From assembly GCA_000708835.1 (NCBI GenBank), contig DF237200.1, positions 57,357-121,356 of the forward strand: DNA of 64,000 nucleotides. Direction: 5' to 3'. A program made the position numbers and the translations under genes. The notes under the pieces were generated by a model, which saw nothing but the letters and a program-made list of their open reading frames with translations, was not told the DNA's origin and ran no database searches. This document shows, one piece after another, positions 39,501 to 49,449 of the stretch (the first letter of the stretch is position 1; each line of letters begins with the position of its first letter). Source of the stretch: Klebsormidium nitens (lineage: Eukaryota > Plantae > Klebsormidiophyceae).

Positions 39501-39840
39501 TTGCGAGCCTGATGTGTCACCTTTTAAGTACCAAAGTATGCTCGCCGGACAAGCTGTCTGCGTGGCAACACAAGAGAGAAGCATGCTACAGGCCAATCGT
39601 TACCATATCAGCACATTAGACCAAAGTGCGGAGGGACGAACAGGGTGCCTTACCTGGCTCTGTATCATCATCACTCCAGTAACTGGGAGAGGTGGAAGGC
39701 GTGGCTGGCTCCAACTGCCCTCTGGAACGCCAGTCGCCTGCGTCTGCCTGCTGCTTTGGTGCTGCCAAGAGTATACCGTCTGCCTGGGTGGCCTTCCTGC
39801 TAGTGGGGCCCTCTCCGTGAGAGCCCCGCGACCCCGACAT
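30553..39840 (-). CDS. MATH/TRAF-domain protein (At5g43560 / TRAF1a-b / MUSE13-14-like), multi-exon
   Basis: Exon 1 PSTSPSYWSDDD. MATH exons DLYGKFTWKIENFTEISKRELRSNVFEVG, YILVYP, WSHFAQFTIAVVNKDPKKSKYS, DTLVIKAQVQV. Also FRCLDSQYRRELVRVYLTNVEGICRRF, SVERDERRLQELGRRTVEMFVLSHLFSNRVEVAYREAVALKRQEELIREEE and C-terminal FPHLSLINDLLDDD, all conserved in plant TRAF1 proteins. Last exon 30553-32448. Confidence 0.9.
38500..38548. repeat. 25-bp tandem duplication (intronic)
   Basis: ctgctattcgcaaacccctcttctt x2. Confidence 0.9.
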
Positions 39841-40015
39841 CCTGCCTCAACCCCTCTCAAAGCACAAATGGGGACAGTGACATCCAATTTGCACTTGCCA
39901 ACCCCGTCAACGCAAATCTGTCTGCAAGGGTGGGATCATTCAAGACCTCAGCAGAGGTCAGCTGAAGCTCCTGCCTCACTCCTTCTTTTAGGCTCCCTAG
40001 ATAAGCACTGAACTC

Positions 40016-40055
40016 CTCCCTTCTGCTGCACTGGTCTCCCTTCTGCTGCACTGGG
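40016..40055. repeat. 20-bp tandem duplication
   Basis: ctcccttctgctgcactggt / ctcccttctgctgcactggg. Confidence 0.9.
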
Positions 40056-40751
40056 ACCAGTTCCTTCGGAGGATAGAAAACTGCAGTCTGCACCTCAGGT
40101 CCTCAGGCTCCAGCGATGACACCCTTCTGATTTGAAATCTGAAATCCTTTACTTTCTCCTGCTTCAAGCTCGGACCTCCTTCGACGGCAACTTCGCACTA
40201 AGGTTGTTTTGCGACCCCCGTCAACCCCCGTCGTTCTTATGAACATGTCCCGGTTGAAAGGAACCATCTTATCGTCGAACACATCAAACTGAGACCACCT
40301 GTAAGCACACCCGACGATTCGAAAGAAGAGGACAACTGGGATTCGAAGCAAAGGAACTACCGGTGAACCAAAACCGCTCCCTATTTGCAACTCGTCGAAA
40401 GTTGGAGGTCAAATGTGGATTCCTGCAAAGTTCCTGTTCCCAGGGGGAAGAGCTCCGACTCCGAGTCCAGCTCTCATCATGATCCATGGTGGTGATGGTG
40501 GCCCGCATTGTAATCTTGCCTCTGCGAATTGACCCAGTGATTCTCGCTGCGAAAGTTGGATCGGCGAGGACTTGACGTTTTGTGCCTACATTGTAACATT
40601 GCAGAAGATTTTAGAGGGACCTGCCAGAAAGGGCGTTGCAAATTCCATCGCGGTGGTCTTCAGTTCTGGGCTGCTAAGCGTGCTCACTGCATTCAAGTCC
40701 CCCAATACAAGAGAATTGTCTCAAAGTTGCTCAAGAAGGACACTAGCCGCA

Positions 40752-43700
40752 ATGAATGACGGCATGGTGGCACATTCTTGCCACCACTGTGGACATTTTG
40801 AGAATTTTGTGACACGGGATCTACAAGCAAACATCAGCTCCAGTGCTCACCAAAATCAATCTCTTTGCACCATTTTGACCTCCCAGAGAAAGAGGAAGCT
40901 CAAAGGCTCAAGGGAGCCTGATTCAGCATTGTATCATGTTAAGAATCATAACAATATAGCCAGCACTAGGACCGACCATGCACATCTTTGTTTGAGAACT
41001 AGGAGGCATGCCAGATGGGGTCCTCCTGAAAACCATTCAGAAAAGTTTTGCTGTGCAAGTTCCCTGAAACCTTCAGTTGATGATCACAACGCTCCTGTGA
41101 AACGTCAGCCAGCAACCAACAAGATCTGGAGCGTCGTGATTCCCACTTACAACCGTCTGCCCATCCTGCGCAAGTGCCTCGGAGCCCTTGAGTCACAGGT
41201 TAACGTTCTGGAGAATGGCATAACTGATTATGAGATTGTGGTTGTCGACGATGGCTCGACTGACGGAACTCTAGAGACTCTTGCCACCGAAGCTCATATC
41301 AGGTACCCTCATCTGAAACTTCTAGAACAAGCTCATGCTGGAGCCACGGCAGCCAGAAATCTGGGAGTCCGGGAAGCAAGAGGGGATACCATCGTCTTCA
41401 TAGATTCCGATATGGTTGTTGCGCCAACCTTCCTGGCATCCCATGCGAGGGCCTTACAGCAGGCCTATGTAGCTGATGGAGATGACAGGGCCTTCACATA
41501 CGGCAGAGTGGTGAACACCAGCAACTTTGAGGATCCATCATCGGAAACTTTCAAAGTGACGGTGAGCTCCGCCTCCAGGACTAGGTTCTTCGCTGACTGA
41601 TGACGATCATGATCAATATGCTATCTGGTTTGGTTTGGACACCCAACTCTGTAGATGCAGGAGGGGATGATTGTGTGAAAATGTTTTCTTTTGGTCCCTA
41701 GCTCGAGTTCAAGTGTTTCTGCGTACAAATGCAAGTGCTCGCTTCTGGAATCTACTCCGTCTGAATTGAAGATTGATGGTTCTCCAGATACCGTCATCTT
41801 GGACTTCTTCACTTAGGACCCCCGCAAACCACCAGCCCTTTTTAGAATGTCTAGAACGAGATGGATATCCAGTCGTTTCCAATCCTAACTGTTCGTAAGA
41901 ATCATTGACCGTTTCTTCAGCTTCGGGACGGTGGTTCAGACTGAACCTTCCATCGAGAAAGATGGGACCTTCTTGCCAATCACAATTGGCCCGAGTTGAG
42001 AGGTATTTGGTGCTCGAGGGTTGAGCTTTGGATAACCCCGTCACAAGCCAGTCGAGTTCCAAACAGAAGACCAAGTGGTTAGTTCTTTGACTCCGATTAG
42101 CCAGTGTAAGGCCTGATTTGTCCTCTCTCCAGGATTACTCTGCAGCCTTCTTTGCTACCGGAAACGTGGCAATCTCGAAGCGAAGGTTGCAGAAAGCGGC
42201 CGAGCTGCTGGGCGATCAATCAGGCCCCTTCGATGCGGACTTTAGCCAGTATGGATGGGAGGACCTGGAACTCGGAGGTGAGGGTCGACGGTGGTTATTT
42301 TTATTTCCTCGTGTCTTTTGAGGAATTTTGCCATGGCCGTTTTGACATGGCTTAGACGAAGCCAGATGATGTGTTCCCTTCTGTTGGGAGCTAGATTCCG
42401 AAGTCGAGTTCTAATTCCTCTGCGAGACGTAAGACTTCCAGCAAGTAGGTCTTGTTGGACAACTTGCAGGTCTAAGTAAAAGCTGTGTTGAAAGTCTTTG
42501 ATTGTCGCGTCTTGTTGCGTTTTTTGGTGGACATATCATACGAGATCGACTGAGTCAAGTCTTAGAAGCACTCTTGGAAGAGTGATTCGTTGTGGATGGC
42601 CTGGGCACCTGGCTTGCTTCTCTGTACGATTCTCCCAGTTCTTTTCAACAACAGATACGTTTCCTGCGTTTCCTGATGCTTTACTGTGGTCCCTGGCTGG
42701 TCCTCCTTTGGAAACGGTGCTGTGAGAAATGTGTGAGGTGAAACCGAAGAGCAGTTCGCGTCTGAGTCTACGAAGGAAGTTCCCTTCTCGAATTAGCAGA
42801 TCCTATCGTGCCCTTCCTGCTTTTCCTCCGAGATTTGTTTCAAGGTGTTCCAATTTTGGAAAGTGCCAAAGATTTCAACGTCGCCTTCTCACAAGTGCCA
42901 ATTATTTTCGACGTCGAGCTGCACTCTTATTGAGCTTCGAAGGGCAGCCGGCTTGAACTAGCTTGCAAGGCTTCTCGTGGTGCCAAGTTCAAGCACGCTT
43001 ACGTCCATCCGACGCCAGCTGCTTGTCATGGAGCCCTTTTCACAATTGATCTCATTATGAGGGCAGCGAGAGAAGTTTTTGATCATCGAACATCCTCGTC
43101 ACTGACCAGCACGTCTTAGTAAGCCTCGTCTCATCAACAAAGCCTCAGTCTCGGTCACTGGTCCACTGAAGGTGTACAGCCGCTCATCTGCTTGAGACAA
43201 CTCGATCACTCGTCCAGTCTTCCTTGAAAAAGACCGGTGTGCTAAGCTTTTCAGAGCTGAAAGCCTGTCGTCTGCGGTACGTCTGTGGATTTGTCCTTGA
43301 ATTGACTCCGCAAGACTCACAACACCAAAAGTTTTACCATTTCCAAGCACCCAGTGTCGAGTCCATCCTAGGATGTTGCTCAGGCTCACAAAGCTGACGA
43401 GTCCTCTCTGGCCTTCTGTCAGGTCCGCAAAAGAGAAGACATCGGCTCATCAATGCCTTTCCCGAATCCAATCAGGAAGCACCCATAGATTAAAGAAAAC
43501 ATCCTAGGCGCACCACGGCCAGAACTCACCGTAACCTGCTCGAGGATTGAATGGAATCTGGTTTCTGCGCTTCTTGTCCTGCAGAGCGGCTGAGAAAGCA
43601 GGGCGCGAGGATCGTACAGTGCCCAGAGGCGGTCGGCTACCACTGGCACCCGCCCTTCAGCCTGGAGCAGCTGCCCAAGCTCCTCGATCAGGCAAGCACC

Positions 43701-44727
43701 GTCTCGGACTGCGCTCCGGGTGAACAACCGGTCGTCTAAGCTGCAAGAACCAAGACTCGGTCTATTTTCTTTGTGCGTTTTCCTCCAACGTCAGGCTGTT
43801 CACACCAGAGAGGTTGCCGGCGATGTGCCGGATGAAAGTGGGGATGACGCCAAGTGCCTCGTGGGGCCCTCACGGGCTTGAATGCTGGAATGAAACCGGT
43901 TTTGGATTGTCTGTTTAGTTTCCGGTTTGCAAGAAATGTGCAGCCCCTTTCGCCGTCTGGCCCGTCACTTCTGGTCGCCCAACCCTCTGGAGAGCCTGTG
44001 GGTGTATTGCGAAATACAGAAAACATTTTCTTCACTGCCGTCTGGTCTTCAATGCCCAGCAGAGACTCTTTTTTTCTCCAGAGTTTGCCTTTCAATGCTA
44101 AATATGAACCCCACGTCTAGTTGCTATGGGGTGGATCCCAAGCGCGCGTGCCTCCACCAGAGACAGTGGTGCACCTCTCTTGAGCACGCTCTCACGAAAC
44201 CCTCCCAACGAATACGGCTGCAGTACTCCCCTGTGCTCCTAGCAGAACTTGCTTTTTCTCTCACATTTTTGTTCTGTAGAGAGAGGCGTACCCGGGACCA
44301 CGGAGTCAGACTGGTGACAGAGATCAGGGACCGCAATCCTTTGAATCCAAATCGGCACATGCAAAAGCAAGGACTTGTACCTCTGGCACTGGCTGACGCC
44401 CTCCCCTTGTCTCTAACTTTCTCGCGTATGTATGTTGTCCAGGAGCGTCAGCGGGGCATCAACGGCGTGCGCTTTTACGAGAAGCACCCCAACCTGGGCG
44501 TGCGGTTGATGATACAGATGACGCCGTTCCACGAAGGGCTGTGGTTCCTGCTGACGTTCGGGGGCCTCTTGAATGAACGGACTCTCGAGCCGCTGCTAAG
44601 GTGGCTAGTGCGGTCTGGACAGCCGGGGATAGCGCTAGCAATGCTGTCTCCCGTCTTGAATTGGTACACCGTGCAAGCTGTCAAAAGTGAGCGGGAGCGG
44701 CGGAAAGGACTGATAATGCAGAGTTAA
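40752..44727 (+). CDS. Glycosyltransferase family 2 (GT-A), cyanobacterial type, with long N-terminal extension (probable plastid transit peptide), ~448 aa
   Basis: Exons 40752-41561, 42133-42277, 43585-43691, 44443-44727 (third intron GC-AG). Motifs SVVIPTYNRLPIL, IVVVDDGSTDGT, ARNLG, VFIDSD (DxD), FFATGN, YGWEDLELG, AVGYHWHP. Start codon uncertain (40752 or 40764). Confidence 0.87.
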
Positions 44728-45686
44728 CCTGATTGTATCACATGTCAGAGGCTGGTCTCCGAGCGACCGACGACCTGCCTTCCGTTTAGCGTTTTGGGAA
44801 CAAGCTTTATTTTTGGTTCTGTCCAAGCAGGTTGTGGGAAGAGAATATTGACAAGTCAATATTTGGATGGTGTTGTGTCCGAATGCGTTGGTCAGGGCCC
44901 ATGCCAGCAGCAAAGCTATGAAATGGAGTTACCCGCTAAGATCATTCTTTCCATTAGTTCCTTAGCAGGGTTCTAAAGGTCCTAGTAATCGAAAAGATTT
45001 GAATCACGATTTGCCGGGTCATGTCGGACCTCCGGCACTCGATCGCCGCATCGGATATAACCTACCAACGAGATTGGACGGACATGGCCACTTTGATTTT
45101 GCGGCCGCCGTGCAAGTATCATACGTGACAGGAGACTGCATCAGACGTCCTGCGTGACCTCGGGCCGCGGGCCCAATATCCAACACGACGCACATACAGA
45201 TTGTATATATGACGTACGATCAACCACGACTGCATATGGAAGCTAGAGTCCGACACTCTATAATCTTAGCTAGCTTGGCATGCATGCAGCTTGCATGCCA
45301 TCTCCCGTCTTGAAATCTACTCAGTAAGCGTCGGACATTGGTGCAAGGCTGGCAGCTAGCCGTAGATTGTATACTTCTGTACAAACATGGACAGTGCATA
45401 TCGTTTTCAAGACGTTGATCCTCTGAAGCTGGCTTTCTGCGGGCTGAATGTATTGTGAAAAGGAGTCCGATTGCATGTGCGCATTGACTGTCGACCTTCA
45501 TTTCCAGACGTACTGCAACTCTCCTACCCATCATGATGCAGACTATAGTAATCAGCGCATTACAACAATCAATCATTTACCAGGGACGTTAGATCAGAAA
45601 ATAGGTAGTATATATCTCAAGTGGCACATCAGGACGTGTGATGCAAAGCACCGCGTATGCATGCGACAAAAACCTCAGACTCAATA

Positions 45687-48503
45687 CTAGATGACGTCTC
45701 TAAGGTTCTCCGCTATTGTCTGGGCAAGCCTCTCTCCGAGCTCCTTCTGATGATCCTTCAGCGCTTTCTGTGCCCCTTTATCCTTTTTGCCATCCTTGAC
45801 CGTCCGGGACCCTTGCGCTGCTTGCTTCCGTGCATCGCACTCGAGCTTGTGGTCCTTCCGCCAACTCAGCGTTTGGCACTCTGCAAATAACGGTAAGCAA
45901 GAAGAAACGGATTAGCTCTCCTATATCTTCATTTCTTCGGAAAAGTGCGACGGCAAAATCAAGTCTTCTTCTCTGTCCCGTGATTGTCCGAGCATCTCGT
46001 CAAAGCTGATAGTCTTTTTCATAAGACCAACTTTCATTCAATCACGAAAAGCTGGTTGATACCTGAATGAGTCTGCCACTTCGAGTCGCTTAAAAAAATG
46101 GCGCGCAGATTCTCGTGAATAAGGCTTGTGCCGGTGTCAAGCAGAACCTTTGCATTACTAACTTTCGAGGACTTCCCTTTTTGCTTTGCTCCAGTTGGAC
46201 GAGCTGCAATTTTCCCCTTTTCGAAACACATTGGCTCACTGTAAAGTACTCAGTCGGAAGTCAAGCTCTGCTCCCGTTACCAATAAATATTGTCAATACT
46301 CTCAGACACAGCCTCTTACGCACCTTCGGAACAGTACTTCACGTCTTTGCACTTGCCGCACTTGAGCAGCTGAGCACCCTCAGGCTTCTTCCTGCACTGC
46401 AGCCGAAAGAATGCAGGTTTGGGAAAGCCTGACAAACGGATCAAACGACGTAAGTGGGAACGAGCATCCGATGGATCCGGTGCGCCAATCTCATTCGAGC
46501 TTGCCTTTACTTCCACTTCCGACTTCGAAGGTCTTCGTTGAGGTCTTCGTTGAATGTCTACGAAACTCAGATGCTGCTTTACCGGCAGGTTTGTCTTATC
46601 CTATCTTGACGTCTCGACTCTCCAAACGACTTCTCAAGCACTTGTCTAGTCGCAAAACGACACGCATTACTCAGCGATGTATCAATTCTTACATTCCAGC
46701 AGACGTCTGCGAAGCACCTGGACTCCTCCACCAGCTCGCATACGGATCCCCGCTCCTCTGCCTTGTACGGGTCGAGGATCTCCGATTCATCTCTGGTCTT
46801 GGGCATGGGGTACAAGCACTTTCTGACTGGCCCCTCCCAGATCTGCAGTCCCAAAGTACCCCCCCACAACGGGTAGGGCTCGAGCTCCACCAGGCCCTGA
46901 TCGTTGCGAAGCTTCGTCACCTGACAAAATTCAGAGCAGGTCATCGAGGATAGGTTAACGTTAACCCCTCGTTCGCCCTCTTTTTCGTAGATTCGACCTC
47001 GATCATTGGGGTGTAGAGTTAAGTGGCTGGTTACCACCACTGATTTTGACTTGGAGCTTCTTCTGGCTTCCTGAAGATGCCTGACCATCTTCACCACGGC
47101 TGACTTCGAGAAGTGCGTTGTGGTGCCGAAGAATTTGGTGGCCGAAGAAGACAGAAAAACCGTCATACTGTAAAAGATTGTGCAGTCTCCAAGTATGTTG
47201 CAAGCAGTTGGCACTCAATTCGCATTGCCTTGAAAGCATGAAAGAACTTCCTAGGGAAGGGACTGGGAATGAAAAACCATAGAGGCCTTGGCATCAGGCA
47301 GAGCAAGAGTTTAGTCCATCTAACAAAGGAATCAGGTCATTCAATGGAAGAACAGAACGCGGTTTTGTCAGGTGAAGCCTACGTGCGGAATCATTCCGTC
47401 GCGAAGTCCACAAAATCTTAGGCTGAGAAGAGGCGCAGAAAGACTTACCCTGTAAGGCCGTATCGACACGTGTCCGGAGCCTGGATTGGCGAGTGTCTCC
47501 TTGTTTCTTTCCAGCGCCTGCTTCCCCAGAAACCACATGCTTTCGCAGCTCTCGCAGTTCCCTGCATATAGCTCATACTTGAACGGTATAACTACCGTGC
47601 TAGTGGGGCCACATCCGAAAGCTCCTGCTAGGCACTCGATGAAACGCGGTAGTATTAACCGAGAGAGCGTACGCTGATCCTTGAAACGCACCCAAACGAT
47701 GACGGGACCCCATTCATAAGCCTTGACAGAGCAGATTTCGTAATTGCTTTGCTTCAACCTTTTGTTGACAGCTTCCGAGTCTTGTCGCTTTCCAAGGATA
47801 GCGAGATGGCTCTCAAGAGGCGAAGGAGTTGCCTCCTCCAGATTCTTCACAGCAAGCTCAAATGCGCGCGACTTCGAAAGGCCAAAGCGTTGCAGAAGCT
47901 TTTCCGTGATCCAAAGTTCATAATCGGCCATCTCCAGGACCAGAGCCTTGACGAGTTCTCCACTTCGACAGCTGAAGCTCTGTACAACCATCTGGTCCTC
48001 TTTCTCTGACGCTGAGCCTGCCCTGGGTGCACTTGAGCTTTCAGAATCCATGCTGCTGCTGCTGGGCCGTTCTTCTCCATTCTCGTGGAAGTTCCGGGTG
48101 AGGTGAAATTCCCATTTCTCACAAAGTTGTCCATGAAGCTTCTGGTTCTGACTGTGAGCATGAGCTTTTTTGGAACTTCAGACATTCTTGGCAATTTTTC
48201 ACCAGCGGCCAATTCCCTCAGCAGAGATCTCACGGCTTCAGCGCAAAGCTTTTCTGACGCAGGCGCTCCATAATCGAGCGTCCTGTGTAGGTGTGGCAGA
48301 TTCACTCGCACCGGTCGGGCCGCTTCTGGGAGGCTGACGGTAAGCACTTTCTTGGCACGGCCCCCGTCCTCCTCGCTTTCTATGATGGATCCATTGAGAT
48401 CCCGCACAACGTCTGAGAAGATTGATTGAAAGGTATCAAAAGTTAAGCTCCCTTTAGCCACGGTTTCCTTGCCATCGCGTGCGGTGCCTCTTCTTGAATC
48501 CAT
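45687..48503 (-). pseudogene. DUF1444-like/zf-MYND copy B with a 1-nt frameshift in exon 1 (pseudogene or assembly error)
   Basis: Exons 47449-48503, 46693-46920, 46324-46396, 45687-45880 are collinear with copy C. Exon 1 is 1055 nt, not a multiple of 3. The frame switches at about 48111-48113, where B has aatGGGaattt and C has aaaGGGGaattt. Confidence 0.75.
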
Positions 48504-49449
48504 CTGACTTGCGTTTTGTGTCCAAGAAGAAGCCTGGAGCTTTTCAACCGGACCTTCTCTCTTCATTCTTCTGCTACATGCTTAGATCTTCACTTCCGCA
48601 TCTGCACCCTTGAGGGTTGTCATCTCAACACAGCGCTCCTCTGCTAATGCATGGATGTATGCTGCTTCTCGCTTGGACTGGAGGCGTACTCTCTTCCGGA
48701 TCAAGCTCAAGCTGGCACTCTGAAAAGCTGCGCGCCTCATGCACCCATGAGCGCCCTTAATCGAAGGGCAGTCTCCGCTTCTGCTATACACGTTCTCCAG
48801 GGTCACGGCTGATCACACCGTATAACATCAACAATGGCGAAGCACTCCGGTCACAGGAAAGAATGGTCGCTTAACGTTGTCGGTAACATGTTGATCTCGG
48901 TACATACCGGCTGCATACTGCTGTCCGCTTCAGTAATCCGTGCATGAGAGTATCCCGTCATGAGAATATCGAGGTAGGGTCTGCAGCTTGGATTTACAAG
49001 CACTTATTTACTTGTGGTCAAGGTTACGAGTTGGAAAGGCGAACAATGCAACTGACGATTGACTTCGCGTTTCGGTGCACAAGGCAGGCGCCTGCGCAGG
49101 GGCTCTTTGGCGAGAAAGATGGTTTGATGCAGCAGTACGATTTCAGACCTTGACCTAGAAAAGGTGTACAGCAGGAGTGGAGCTAGACTGCGCTTTCAAG
49201 GGCGCTCATAGGTAGAAGAGTTGCGCACCTCGGCGAAGTTGCCTTCTCGGGATATCAGAAGCCTTCAGCCAGGCTAGGAGCAGCATGCATTGAAATGCTT
49301 TGGTAGAAGATAGTTTTATCGAGGTGACATCTTTGAAGGGTGCGGATGCGCAGGTGATTGAAAGATCTGAGCACGCAGGTGAAAACGAGAATACGAAACC
49401 CTGTTGAGCGCAGGCGTCCAGATTCGCTGAACACGAAGACGGCAGTAGG

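Noticed and set aside
44278-44330. Possible duplicated start of GT2 last exon (ERRTRDHGVR vs ERQRGINGVR)
   Set aside because: Similarity is too weak and the acceptor phase is incompatible with the upstream donor.
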